Program-made: the position numbers and the translations under genes
From: a virus
Strand: one strand, 5' to 3'
IMG/VR virus record: IMGVR_UViG_3300037502_002304
Coordinates: 1 to 64,000 of that record
Length of the DNA stretch: 64,000 nucleotides
In this document: one piece after another, positions 22,601-31,042 of the stretch
Position numbering within the stretch: position 1 is the stretch's first letter
Layout: the number at the start of each line of letters is the position of its first letter
The notes under the pieces: model-generated
The model's database searches: none
The model's input: the letters and a program-made list of their open reading frames with translations, nothing else
Told to the model about the DNA's origin: nothing

Positions 22601-25045
22601 GGTGGAACTATTATGTTACCTGCTGAAATTACTACTATAGCTGGTTCTGACTTTGATATTGATAAGATGTATGTTATGATGAAAGCTTTTAGAAGAACTG
22701 CTATAGATCGTAATGCTTTCAGAAAAGACCTTAAAGAATATGCTAAAGCTCATAAGGAAGAATTTAAAGATACAGATTTATCTTATGATAACATAAATAT
22801 AGTATTAGACCAAATTATAAATGATGAACAGGTTCTTAATGATGAAGACTTACCTATATATGATTTTTACGTAGAAAATCGTAGGAAATATATCAAATAT
22901 AGTCCAGTTAAATATGATGTAAATAAGTCTTGGAGTGAACAATCTAAAGCTGCTAGAGATAATGCTAAAATTGATATAATTCTCAGTGTTCTACGTAATC
23001 AAGCTACAGTAGGTAGAATACTTAAACCTGGTGGTTTTGAACATCTTAAAAGTCTTGCAGGACTTATGAGATCTAAAACTGGTGCATCTAAAGAAGCATT
23101 AGATGTATATGATGTTTTATCTAATGATGTAATGGCCATTAGAAATATGGTAGGTAAGCAGTTGGTAGGTATAGCTGCTAACCATAATGCTCACCATGCT
23201 TTAAGACAACATACTAAATTAAGTTTTAAAGATCAGATGCAATTCGATGGTATAGTAGCTAGTAGTCTACATAATAAGTCAGCTTTAACTCAATTTGAAG
23301 TTAAAGGTAATAAATTAGTAAAAGTAGATAGTCCTAATAGATTAGTTACTGACAACTTATCAGAATTCTTAGCTGCTGTAGTAGATAATGCTAAAGACCC
23401 TGTATCAGATGCTATAGGATATACACTAGAAACAGCTGACTTAGTATCAACTATAGTAGCTTTAGGATATGACCCTGCTACTGCTTCTGTATTTGTTAAT
23501 CAGCCTATTATTAAGCATATACAGAAAGAAATGTCTAAGAATCCTAATAAATCTGAAAATACTATTATTAATGAAGTAGCTGAATCTGTTGGAGTAGACT
23601 TAGATGCAGTACAAGATGCTCCTAATATTAATACATTAGAAATGTTTAATGCTGTCGGCACTTCTGAAATAAATAATGACCTGCAGAAAAGAGTGTTAAT
23701 GGCTTATTCTAAATATAGAGAAATGGCTAATGCCATGAATAAGTTAGTACAAGCTACTAAAGCAGATACTACTCCTGTAGGGCCTACATTAGCTGATTCA
23801 GAAGTAATGATGGATTCACGTCAAGATATTACTAGTAAGGCTTTCCCAATAGAAGGAGTATCAGATTTTATTAGTGAATCTGAATTCTCTACTAACTTAG
23901 AGGTAGCCTTCTATAAGTATGGTATTTTAGAGCCAACACGATTAGTTTTGAATAGTTTATTCCCATATTATAATAGGCTATTCTCTGAGGTTAAATATGC
24001 TATTAAAAGTAATACTAAGTATAATAGACTATCAGCTAAGCAGATAAATGAAATCAATAATAAGGTATTGACTTTTGTAATGTCAGGGTTTGACTTCTTT
24101 GATATAGAAGAGGGTAGAAAATTAGTTACTAAGTTACCATTAGCTTTGTTCAAATATATTGAAAGTCATCCTGACCTTAAACAAAATGCTTTGTTAAAAC
24201 GATTAAGATATGAAGCTTCTACTGATAGGATTCCAGTAGATAGATTAGTATTTGATAATACTGGTAGTTTTACAGCAGAACAAAGAGAAGATGTTCAGAA
24301 TGCTTGGGAAGATTTATTAAATAGTACTAATGATGAGTACAGAAGATTAGGATTAGCATTAATTAAATATAGCTTCTTTACTTCTGGATTATCATTTAGT
24401 CCTAATGGATTTTCACAATTAATTCCTACAGATGCTTTCTTAACACATGTTAAGGACTCTAAAGGTATGTCACTTAGTGATTATCTATATAATTCTATGG
24501 ATGGAGATTTGTTTAATTCAGAACAATTTAATAGTTTTGTAGAACAGTTTTATCGTAATAATTATAATAATAGAGCATACGTACCTAGAGTAAATGAAGA
24601 TATGTCTAATGTAGACACTGCAGTAAGAGATAATACTACTGGTAAAACAGTAGGTTTTACTGTTAATATGAATGGTAAAAATGATGATTTTATAGTAAGG
24701 ATTAATAATTTCAAAAGAGCAGTTCCTTATATAGCTCATGAAGATTCTAAAGGTAATATAAATTTATATAGGTTAAAACAAGTTAAAGAAGGTATTGCTG
24801 AATATAGATTAGTAAGTAAATTAGGTATTCCTAATCATGTTCAGGAATATAACTTAAATATGAATGTTCCAGAATCTATGTTTGAGTTTAATAATGTAAC
24901 TATTAAGAGTGAGACTAATGTTAAGGTAGAAGAGAGTAATGTTAAAGAACCTGTACAAGGTCAAAATGTAGATGATTTCCTTAAAAGAGAGGGTATTACT
25001 GATAAAGATATAGATAACTTACCAGATTGTATTGGAAAAAAATAA
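13688..25045 (+). CDS. giant virion-packaged DNA-dependent RNA polymerase polyprotein (crAss-type)
   Basis: 3785 aa; GYRIPTEDKYS, AGSDFDIDKMY (catalytic DxDxD, ~22641-22666) and VDNAK motifs; zincin-like HEAFH (~18806-18820); acidic low-complexity linker. Confidence 0.85.
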   Translation: MAKRYKLKDYTLQNIDPNTGLTENINESFSNPNLNLANFKLSSYAKSPVEEVGRYFQDSSIYDEGISYDMATSPMGIAMHRHEEQPWYASLGSALNQGIVGEVVGGTLEGVGYLLDIEQWLNLLRGEEQEFGNWLSDIGKDIREWTQETTPVYTDPTKEGEFSPEDWTWWMSSVLPSTFSTLSLMIPSGAAVKGLSTLAKTAGVASNLGKTARWATKGVAQALISRPLESMMEASQVKDELMNTLPGTEIGTEEADKIYKNYGIQLNPTRFDTDGNPVYEIDNDTANIIAAKAAANTFKANLPMVIQDIPQYLLLNAPFGKATKKLTIDLAKKTGQDITPLVIEKGAAIAKDILGEGLEEGYQFIVSERARDMALARAGLAEYEDLDEAIGRYFKNGEFWTSVVAGAAGAGLMQTVGRTINNSLVRARGLESEDEARAKDIDSWGAQMKFIRELMQAAEANNNEELFSHVSKLGIADLGIKLSSVGNLGHFIDAIDNLSNASEEDLQRLGISAEEAEYMANNAPNIIKDLQSIGELYEKNVDKYDEPFAQLITREEFMKNYLNDKDIELGSAYEETFQTIPNILNLSETGRKLFENKRIIIPALKNAIEETNNFLQKKNTSDNEQLFKTRLEELNALLEEVTQETNELEQSYTEGERKNDSSYNHDSVDLTAAQSLYLKKAYNQLQLKNASEMVEKMRTTEWQQEALKKAKKAQEKNAKKVVDAAETIEEVKEVKKRAKGTDVEKAVNKAVKEKAAEQAETSNVDETPTVESTPQKEEGEVVFSSEYEGEPTTETKQTTSLDEIIKSGKPVTAEEASNMEQPTEQEEAEPTPAQEVEPTLQATPTQPTEESEEEGEVVFSSEYTPTQEEPSEEQTEPTQEETTAPSVEELQASARPRSTFAQRRYEGKPHLFSDELEGLTNELDKFVRKNSPQTITNEELNLINAFEVTTPEELDSWFDSVADSENAANLANTVRNFYSNRNSITKAKKTANQPQNSINYKKNDLDQSNKPGATDPIPSSDKNVNKGADIVVSTTEQVTGVKSPRRIKDYYIDSNGNFRESKKEETFLAVNAYNFIDRFGLDRGDYKAQSTVYFELDTNDPYSNKGIEDTGIQIVVYKDGNPDNTSTSNRKIIGLVPSTRGYYKDLYEFRKILLEDLRSKQDGKSRYVRSKYTSKIEGFHTQYIQTKEENSPLTVIREEHQKDPRFAKHGGYIIGITKTSTRGMTLEVPKANVSINGTLETEYQGQVIIITKNPFINDALLMRGFVRSLKSYESLGKKQAENGYKIRQRIIDLFRALPDNPTKNQIIELNNQIRQYLIGNVRYESGILILDDYFKVSIPEIRYDSFDQINAWLDGLIFNIDKNKINSPMPAQYDFGFGAQSGKYNELISDFLVLTMPKNRYFENTAAIISRNLVDTTDNSQVKVLKKAASNIVSNIKKSNDIKELSKDTNVTEETPVVTAEQLEVGQYVEYQGTTYIVTKFNKNGTIQLLNPLDDSEKGKVSVAAKNIKPTKFKGTIVEYRNIKYIVTSKGQIISLSSNRAMKWPENHGTRRHILSLANDAESGRVEPLASNKVDINPTSIKTTKAVPTSTKDAARPTKPVEAKPTSKVRIERKKDPFGNAGKNALLGMFRNSQNKPKTRLADSSKPYTKWNKAQELAWFKKNFPQVPITVLDNLKNIVGNGREAWGAFHNASVYIAENAASGTTYHEAFHVVFNLFLNEEQRNNILKESKLTEEELADKFSDYVAYKDLDKSLPTKVKDFFRKLWLTIKSFFTNSISGVDELFFRINTGFYKNATIDYGAFGSKVLRTKIAGWSSAYTKDIVESINMHILTQILPDIREANPELSNLSDVELLNAINNNPEYAQYGGGVYAIYNKVYNNLADLAESEFVPDDIRENILDALRYFYNEDGSPGSLILESIRALDYNNGISVKIEVVENTIEDESEETTIEGEEGSQLENWQTTYTERSRKNNASYNIKKFLRYIRLEDQINAIGLPKFVDFNELYDTLLNDLADSTDLQSMVTYLKDSLPFHPEYQQIIDEIERNPQFGAEFFNAFHNTHAKYVSILKRNNNYVLMESNRKGVVNNIISNWRNSVLAKGSVLVDKGKGNYEVNTNKAVEIKKSFDDILRKTAITDEDLIKVSNLLKELGIELDVRVLQYAKNNNYIRKILEGDKSISKIINKFAEGKNPFDEEAGLDSEMASIRTLATLAKKATPSLYESAFRNVSGKTVYSHLVPNFLSKLVAKLTDSNKLMSVIEFYAQDPLYLNNPILITLGNLESDPLELKNAFEVAIVDGIIENGSKDYASMDETDYKVFTLNSFFNNGNKDYSYYRANVLSDAPNMVLFKFKRFKEDEIVNYLLSLASAEYKRIQDVKEYKGEGYKNYSTDANGNTESGYHIMPMFNGFKGDPASKPEQAKKLIREYLDNKIEDYKKALINSGVVTLTEEGTVDFENSRLDGRISRVNFDSFLKNFYYNDYLMRASFGVLTVGDPAYYKADKGSNNKMVDYTKRAKEIYSPKYVPDVSASYTDPKTGEVIKVGDRYNTIYLKDKEAIAPSYDDIEAALNSAVKSGFITENQKKAIATMYKEVNYTDAQAYTTLPFYRKTMISLGRWTDRHQEAYKRLMEEKGTANDIALVMQPLKPFMFTHIYDDNLGRIVPVQHKNSEFLLLPQLVKNNPELKKLHDFMIENNVGTANFESAVKTGLTKVMTLDNLNADNIIEVFTEDRGIQQEVPEHFIDEENLFGTQIRKLIMADLVEGVDYVITPHGEEAISKKANDLRRMYEDIITQDLAEAFQEAYSELTTEDGDVDWSKIHNILLDEARKRGKGEQFEKAITYDPVKNRLNLPLFHPLYANTTQQLLTSIFKNRVTKQKIAGGSFVQASSYGLSRELKLVFDKDNEGNSNRLLYAEVMLPAWTKQFFKDFANPDGTIDFEDVKQAAPGLLDMVGYRIPTEDKYSMLPLKVVGFLPPESGGTIMLPAEITTIAGSDFDIDKMYVMMKAFRRTAIDRNAFRKDLKEYAKAHKEEFKDTDLSYDNINIVLDQIINDEQVLNDEDLPIYDFYVENRRKYIKYSPVKYDVNKSWSEQSKAARDNAKIDIILSVLRNQATVGRILKPGGFEHLKSLAGLMRSKTGASKEALDVYDVLSNDVMAIRNMVGKQLVGIAANHNAHHALRQHTKLSFKDQMQFDGIVASSLHNKSALTQFEVKGNKLVKVDSPNRLVTDNLSEFLAAVVDNAKDPVSDAIGYTLETADLVSTIVALGYDPATASVFVNQPIIKHIQKEMSKNPNKSENTIINEVAESVGVDLDAVQDAPNINTLEMFNAVGTSEINNDLQKRVLMAYSKYREMANAMNKLVQATKADTTPVGPTLADSEVMMDSRQDITSKAFPIEGVSDFISESEFSTNLEVAFYKYGILEPTRLVLNSLFPYYNRLFSEVKYAIKSNTKYNRLSAKQINEINNKVLTFVMSGFDFFDIEEGRKLVTKLPLALFKYIESHPDLKQNALLKRLRYEASTDRIPVDRLVFDNTGSFTAEQREDVQNAWEDLLNSTNDEYRRLGLALIKYSFFTSGLSFSPNGFSQLIPTDAFLTHVKDSKGMSLSDYLYNSMDGDLFNSEQFNSFVEQFYRNNYNNRAYVPRVNEDMSNVDTAVRDNTTGKTVGFTVNMNGKNDDFIVRINNFKRAVPYIAHEDSKGNINLYRLKQVKEGIAEYRLVSKLGIPNHVQEYNLNMNVPESMFEFNNVTIKSETNVKVEESNVKEPVQGQNVDDFLKREGITDKDIDNLPDCIGKK
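16016..16276 (+). repeat. internal peptide repeat EEGEVVFSSEY x2 in an acidic E/P/T/Q linker
   Basis: Copies at 16016-16048 and 16244-16276 have an identical peptide and different synonymous codons. Confidence 0.8.
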
Positions 25046-25051
25046 AGAGAC

Positions 25052-28000
25052 ATGAGTTGTACATATTCTGATGTAATTAGTGATTTAGAAATTCTCGTAA
25101 GACATGAATTTAGGGGAAATGCCAAGTCTGTTAGATTTGAAGGCATGAAGGCTATAATTAGTTATGGCCCTCAATATCAAGTTAAAAAACGAGATGAGGC
25201 TTATAGAATGGCTCAGAGAAAGTTACAAAAAGTATATGACTTTATAGAAGATAAATTAGGTCCAGCTTTTACAAAAGGGTGGGGCTCTATAGATTCTTCT
25301 AAAACTGATGCCATAGAAGTATATTTAGAAGTTCCTTATTATGTTAGAGAAGCTTATGCTAGGAAAAAAGCTAAGACTTTTCAGAGAGATATAAATTATT
25401 TCATGGGAGACAGAGCCTTAATGGAACAAGAACAAGGCTTAGATGATGAATTATATCAATTATTTACTTCTTCTGGAGAAGCACCTGATGCTAAATTAGA
25501 AAGAGTTCTTATAGAGTTTCTTAAAGAAAATGATATTAATGTTGAGTATGTTAATGACTTAAGAGATCGTAAAGGTATTAGTGCTGCTGGAATATCTTTC
25601 TTAGCAGACAGAGTTATTAAAATAGCTAAGAATAAGGCAGATATTACTACTCTTCCTGAAGAAGCTGCTCACTTTATAGTAGAAATGCTTCGTAGTAATG
25701 AGACTCTTTATAGAGCAATGTATAATTTAGCTAAAAGGTCAGATACTTTTACTAAAGTTTATGAAGAGTATAGTGAAGTTTATAATAATAACGAAGAGAA
25801 GATTGTTAAGGAAACTATGGGTAAAATTCTTGCAGATTATATCATTAAAAGACATAAAAACATGCAGGATTTACCTACCAATAGAAGAAATCTTTTACAA
25901 AGGATTTTAAGGTGGATATATTCATTTTTTGGTAAGACTAAGAGTGAAAAACTTCAGGAGGCTATAGATGATGTTTATGGTGAAATAGCTAATAAGATAT
26001 TTAATAAAACTTTAGAAACTGACCCTACACAGTTAGGGGCTGAAAGAATCGATCATAAAAAGAGTGACCCTTTAGTAGCTGAATTAATGAGTGGCATCAA
26101 TAGGATGTTTAAAAGGGCTGACATATTAGAAGCTAAGAGTGCTGAAGAACAGGATGAAAATAAAGCAGAATCTCTTAGAAGAGCTGCAGCTATGATACGA
26201 TATAATTTGTATACTAAAAGGGAGCCAGAAGCAGCCATTGCTCTCTACTTAGATTATATAGATAATGAAGAATTAAGTATTATTATTAATCAGATTCGTA
26301 AGTTTAGAGAAGACCCTAAGAAAAATAAACTTACTAGTTTTCAAATAAACCGTATTCAAGATATTATAGATGCTAACGAAGCCAGTATATCAGATATTAA
26401 TAGAATACTTAAATGGACTCCAGAGTTTAAGGATATTTATAATAAAGTAGAAGAAAGGCTTAAATCTGCTTTAAATCACTTATCAGAAGCTAAAGAATTT
26501 GTAGATATTCTCAATAGAAATAGGACTCAAGAGATTATTTTAGAAAACAGAGTAGAGGGTAGTAAGTTATCTGTAGAAGATATAGTAAATTCAAGTATAG
26601 GAGATATAGGTTATTTATCTAGATGGTTTGGGCCTTTAAGGACTTCTAGTAATGAAGTCCTTAGAATGGTCTATAATATGGTTGCCAATGTATACAATGA
26701 AACTCATAGAGAAGTTATTTCAGAAGGAAATGAAATGCTTCTCCTTCAAGAAGATTTTGAGAAAGCAGGTTTCAGTGGTAAAGACCTACATGAATTAGAT
26801 GAGAATGGTAAGAAAACTGGTTTCCTTATAGCTGAAAGAAAATGGGGTGAATATTATAAGGCTAGAGAAAAAGTCAGACAAGACTTAATGAAACATTTTA
26901 ATAAAGAAGTATATTCTGATATTATCCCAGAAGAATTAGATGAAGAGGAATTAAAATATTATAATAAGAAGTGGTCTGAATTTTTTAAGAAATATCATAA
27001 GTATGTAGATGGACAATCTATACCTAATCCTCCTATAAATGAAGAGTTTCAGAAGCGAATGAAAAATAAAGCATTTGCTGCTTATTATAATAAAGTTTTA
27101 GAGATTCATAGGAGGTCTAAAGAAATGCTTCCTAGAAAGTATAAAACTGGTATATATGAATGGATGTTACCTCAGATAAGAAAAGATATTATGCAGACTA
27201 TTAAAGACTCTGAAAACCCTCTGTTTAAAGAGTTAAAGTCTCGTATAAAAGAAAACTTTACTATTACTGAAGATGACATCGACTACGGTAGTCAAGACGT
27301 ATTATTAGATATTAACGGTAAGGTAGTTAAAAAAGTACCTGTTCATTACACTAAAAGATTAGAAGATCCTAATCAATTATCTAATGATATTACATCTATG
27401 TATGCTCTCTATTATGAAATGGCTTTAAATTTTAGAAGCCTATCTTCTAGATTAGAAGATATTATGGTTATAAAGAGAGTTATGGGTAGTTCTGTAATAC
27501 GTCCTCAAAATAAGACTGATAATGAAGGTAATAAGCTTGGTTATGAAACAAATGCTTATCAAGCTCTAGAAGACTTTATTAACGCTTATATTTATGGTGA
27601 AGAGAAGAATAAATCTTATATTACTTTACCTAATGGTAAAAGAGTAGAAATTAGTAAACTTGTAGATAAATTTAGGTCATTAGTAAGAAGTAGTAACTTG
27701 TTCTTTAATATCCCTACTATAATAAGTGGACATGTTAAAGGTAGTATAGATTCTAAATTAGAAGATGTTATGGGTTTATATACTACCCAAGAATCTAAAC
27801 TATTTGCAGAAGCTGAATTTGATAGGAATCTGCCTAAAGTTCTCTTAAATGCTGGTAAAAGATATAAAGAAACTAAGATGGAGCATCTATTCATGAGATT
27901 TGGTGTTTCTAAAGATACCAGAGAAATATTTAAGAGACTGGATATGCAAGATAGACTTTCTAGAACTACTTCTGATGACTTATTATATGGTATATATGAA

Positions 28001-28921
28001 GCTTCAGACTTTAGAGTTAAAGGTAAGTTTGCATTAGCTGTAATGGACAATTTTAGGCTTGTAGACGGCAAATTTATCACTAAAGCACAGTTTGATAGAC
28101 TAATCCATAAAAAGGGTCGTAAATGGTCTGATTTTAAAGATAAAACCTTATATAATGCTTATGATTTTAAGAATAATAGATTGATAGTTAAGCCTGAATT
28201 TAAGAAGTATGTTACTAAAGATATAGAAAATAGAGTAGCTAATATCATAGCAGATAGAACAGCCTCATTAGAAGGAGTTCCAGGAAGGTTAGACAGAGCA
28301 CAAATATATAGAGGAATGTGGGGTAGGATGTTAATGCTTCACAGAGGTTGGATGATTACTGGTGCTGCAGATAGGTTTAAAAAGGGTGGAATTAACTATC
28401 AAACAGGTGAATTTGAAGAAGGTTATTATCGTACTGTAGGTAGAGTTATAGCTAAACTGATTAATGATAAAAATGTAATTAAGTATAAATTATCAGTATG
28501 GGAAACTCTTAGTGAATATGAAAAGCGTAATGTTCGTAAATTCATGACTGATATGCTTGTTACAGCAGGATTTATGATATTAGCTAGAATAATTCAAGGA
28601 ATAGCAGATGATGATGACGATGATTGGGAATTGCAATATCTAGCATATCAATTTAATAGAATTGAGTTAGAACAAGCTGCATTCTTTAATCCACAAGAAA
28701 TTCCTAATATTTTGAATTCTCCGTCTGCAGCTGTTAGTACTTTTGAAGACTTACAGAACTTATTTTTTGCTATATGGGATAATGATGAGATTGAATATGG
28801 AGCTTATGAAGGAATGACCCAACGTGAGAAATTTCTCATCAAAAGAACTATATTAAAGAATATTTGGGAACTTCCTTATATTAAGGATAAAAATAAGTAC
28901 ATTAAGACTCAGATTCTATAA
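25052..28921 (+). CDS. large virion (ejected) protein with a degenerate zincin-like motif
   Basis: 1289 aa; TLPEEAAHFIVE motif; C-terminal EEGYYRT...NVRK block as in crAss-like large virion proteins. Confidence 0.6.
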   Translation: MSCTYSDVISDLEILVRHEFRGNAKSVRFEGMKAIISYGPQYQVKKRDEAYRMAQRKLQKVYDFIEDKLGPAFTKGWGSIDSSKTDAIEVYLEVPYYVREAYARKKAKTFQRDINYFMGDRALMEQEQGLDDELYQLFTSSGEAPDAKLERVLIEFLKENDINVEYVNDLRDRKGISAAGISFLADRVIKIAKNKADITTLPEEAAHFIVEMLRSNETLYRAMYNLAKRSDTFTKVYEEYSEVYNNNEEKIVKETMGKILADYIIKRHKNMQDLPTNRRNLLQRILRWIYSFFGKTKSEKLQEAIDDVYGEIANKIFNKTLETDPTQLGAERIDHKKSDPLVAELMSGINRMFKRADILEAKSAEEQDENKAESLRRAAAMIRYNLYTKREPEAAIALYLDYIDNEELSIIINQIRKFREDPKKNKLTSFQINRIQDIIDANEASISDINRILKWTPEFKDIYNKVEERLKSALNHLSEAKEFVDILNRNRTQEIILENRVEGSKLSVEDIVNSSIGDIGYLSRWFGPLRTSSNEVLRMVYNMVANVYNETHREVISEGNEMLLLQEDFEKAGFSGKDLHELDENGKKTGFLIAERKWGEYYKAREKVRQDLMKHFNKEVYSDIIPEELDEEELKYYNKKWSEFFKKYHKYVDGQSIPNPPINEEFQKRMKNKAFAAYYNKVLEIHRRSKEMLPRKYKTGIYEWMLPQIRKDIMQTIKDSENPLFKELKSRIKENFTITEDDIDYGSQDVLLDINGKVVKKVPVHYTKRLEDPNQLSNDITSMYALYYEMALNFRSLSSRLEDIMVIKRVMGSSVIRPQNKTDNEGNKLGYETNAYQALEDFINAYIYGEEKNKSYITLPNGKRVEISKLVDKFRSLVRSSNLFFNIPTIISGHVKGSIDSKLEDVMGLYTTQESKLFAEAEFDRNLPKVLLNAGKRYKETKMEHLFMRFGVSKDTREIFKRLDMQDRLSRTTSDDLLYGIYEASDFRVKGKFALAVMDNFRLVDGKFITKAQFDRLIHKKGRKWSDFKDKTLYNAYDFKNNRLIVKPEFKKYVTKDIENRVANIIADRTASLEGVPGRLDRAQIYRGMWGRMLMLHRGWMITGAADRFKKGGINYQTGEFEEGYYRTVGRVIAKLINDKNVIKYKLSVWETLSEYEKRNVRKFMTDMLVTAGFMILARIIQGIADDDDDDWELQYLAYQFNRIELEQAAFFNPQEIPNILNSPSAAVSTFEDLQNLFFAIWDNDEIEYGAYEGMTQREKFLIKRTILKNIWELPYIKDKNKYIKTQIL

Positions 28922-28976
28922 AAAATCGATTATTCTGACAATCAGGTTTCGGAAAAATAGTTATAAATCCAATAGT

Positions 28977-29001
28977 AAGGGGGGTAATAAATACTCCCCT
29001 T
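28977..29001. terminator. likely bidirectional terminator at the convergent module junction
   Basis: AAGGGGGGTA-ATAAA-TACTCCCCTT stem-loop between the converging stops at 28921 and 29000. Confidence 0.65.
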
Positions 29002-29494
29002 ATTCTATTGAATTCTTCTTTAATATCTCTGATAATAATTGTGGTTTATAATTAATAGCTTCACAGGATACATTTATATACCTACTATCGTTTATTTTTT
29101 CTTCATGAATATGACCATGGATATTAATACATCCACGTAATTCTGAAGGATGAATAGGTATATGAGATAAAATGAATCCATCATGTTTACTAATTATATA
29201 ACCACCTATACAATTTACGTAGTTGAGTAACTCTGTATTATGAGCTCTTCTACATAATTCATGGTTTCCAAGTAATACTTTTTTATACCCTTTTAATAAC
29301 TTTAACTTAGAGTACTCTTTAGATTTTTCAAGACTTATATCTCCTAAAATCCATATAGTATCTCTTTTAGTAACAGTATTATTCCAAGTATTAATTATGT
29401 AATTATCATGCTCTTCTACAGAGTTGAATCCTCTACGTAAGGCCATATTAGTATGACCTAAATGTAAATCTGATATTACATATACATCTCTCAT
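29000..29494 (-). CDS. calcineurin-like metallophosphoesterase
   Basis: SDLHLGH, LGD, GNHE, SHIP and HGHIH motifs. Confidence 0.85.
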   Translation of the reverse strand: MRDVYVISDLHLGHTNMALRRGFNSVEEHDNYIINTWNNTVTKRDTIWILGDISLEKSKEYSKLKLLKGYKKVLLGNHELCRRAHNTELLNYVNCIGGYIISKHDGFILSHIPIHPSELRGCINIHGHIHEEKINDSRYINVSCEAINYKPQLLSEILKKNSIE

Positions 29495-29709
29495 TACTGT
29501 AAATTACTATAATAAAGATAAGGACTTCCAGCATCTGGAATTTCTTCAGTCTCTGGAAATTTAATCTTATAGTCAGGTTCAAATTTTATGTAATATTCTA
29601 CCAATTCTTCTTCACGTATGACCTTTTTAAGCTCTTTATTCAGTTCTTCTAATTTTACCATGTTGTGTATGGTAATTACTTTATTATCAGTATCTATTGT
29701 GAAATTCAT
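29494..29709 (-). CDS. hypothetical protein
   Basis: 71-aa ORF whose stop overlaps the next start. Confidence 0.55.
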   Translation of the reverse strand: MNFTIDTDNKVITIHNMVKLEELNKELKKVIREEELVEYYIKFEPDYKIKFPETEEIPDAGSPYLYYSNLQ

Positions 29710-29733
29710 AGCAATTTATTTTAATTAGTTATA

Positions 29734-29964
29734 TCAAATTAATTTAGAAAATCCTCTAACCACTTCAAGTTCTATAAGTTCATGACTATTATCTTTAACA
29801 TAGTTATAAACAGTTTCAGCCTCTTCATCAGTTTTAAAATAAAATCCAACCCTATCTCCTGATGTTTTTACTATAATAAGATAAGGTTTATTTCCTAGAT
29901 TGAATCCATCTGCAGGATAATATACAATCTCTTCAATATTTTTTACTTTAATTAAGTGTTTCAT
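29734..29964 (-). CDS. hypothetical protein
   Basis: 76-aa ORF with an ATGA overlap to the upstream gene. Confidence 0.55.
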   Translation of the reverse strand: MKHLIKVKNIEEIVYYPADGFNLGNKPYLIIVKTSGDRVGFYFKTDEEAETVYNYVKDNSHELIELEVVRGFSKLI

Positions 29965-30305
29965 AATGCTACAATATTATCAATTCTTTTTAAAACTTTT
30001 TTCATCCATTTTCTAGAAGGACGACATAAGAATCTACCTAAAAAACTTATAAGATCTACTCTAATACGATTTATTTCAGATAAAATTTTATAATAATTAC
30101 TTTGAAATTCTTCATCACTATATCTAATCATATAAAAATGAAATTTTTCATTAGTACCGTATATTTGAAATATAGTAGGGGATATTACTTTTTTAATAGT
30201 AACTGCTTTTTGTGAATATTTAGCATGTGTATCATTTGCTATAATATCCCCAAATCTATATCCTTTAGATATTTTATTTAAATAAACAATATCATATTTT
30301 TTCAT
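29961..30305 (-). CDS. hypothetical protein
   Basis: 114-aa ORF in the operon. Confidence 0.55.
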   Translation of the reverse strand: MKKYDIVYLNKISKGYRFGDIIANDTHAKYSQKAVTIKKVISPTIFQIYGTNEKFHFYMIRYSDEEFQSNYYKILSEINRIRVDLISFLGRFLCRPSRKWMKKVLKRIDNIVAL

Positions 30306-30362
30306 AACTATAATTTTTAAATTGTTTTAAATACTTACTTAATATTATAAAGGTTTATTCTA

Positions 30363-30689
30363 TTACTCAGGAAGTACTAACAAACTAACTGCATTTATAC
30401 AATCATCAGTATTCCAATCTTTATCACAATCAAACTCATAAGGTCCAGGATAATTAGGATCTACTAAAGTAATATATACTTTATTTTCCACCCAATCATA
30501 AGTTACTGTCTTTATAGACTTATCAACCTTCCTAGTCTTTTTCCTCATTCTGTCTTTAAAATAATCTTGTAGATATTCTGGAATAGGTTCAAATAGAACT
30601 TTATTATTTGAGTAACGAGATATTATAGTTTTATCTCTAATATATTCTATATCTTCTTCAGACAATGTTATATATTTTCGCCCCTTCAT
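30363..30689 (-). CDS. hypothetical protein; paralog of 296..613
   Basis: Shares EPIPE.LQDYF.DR, YDW..NK.YI and YP...EFDC..DW.T.DC.NA with 296..613. Confidence 0.75.
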   Translation of the reverse strand: MKGRKYITLSEEDIEYIRDKTIISRYSNNKVLFEPIPEYLQDYFKDRMRKKTRKVDKSIKTVTYDWVENKVYITLVDPNYPGPYEFDCDKDWNTDDCINAVSLLVLPE

Positions 30690-30740
30690 GATTTTAAGTT
30701 TTTTCTAAGTTCTAAGAAATTCAATTAATTCATCCGAACC

Positions 30741-31025
30741 TTACTTTTTACTCTTTACAATTTTCTTTACTTCATCTACTGGCATACTTAACCAATCGAA
30801 AGGAATACTAAATATTACTTCTCCATTCCATTCTTCAAGGCTATCATCTATAATATAACATTCTTTAAAATCATCACTAAATGTTAAATAACAAGGATAA
30901 CCGTCACTTAACATTGGATATTCTTTTGGTCGTATTTCATGTAATTGTTTTCCTAGAGATAATACCTCATTATAAATTTGTTTATGAAATTCAATATGTT
31001 TTTTAAAATCTTCCTTTGCTATCAT
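30741..31025 (-). CDS. hypothetical protein
   Basis: 94-aa ORF. Confidence 0.55.
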   Translation of the reverse strand: MIAKEDFKKHIEFHKQIYNEVLSLGKQLHEIRPKEYPMLSDGYPCYLTFSDDFKECYIIDDSLEEWNGEVIFSIPFDWLSMPVDEVKKIVKSKK

Positions 31026-31042
31026 CTTTAATTTATTTTATA

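Noticed and set aside
1327-28080. Minus-strand ORFs inside the late genes (e.g. 1327..1581, 15740..16078, 16106..16417, 27616..28080)
   Set aside because: They lie fully antisense to long coding genes and have Ser/Phe/Leu-rich shadow composition.
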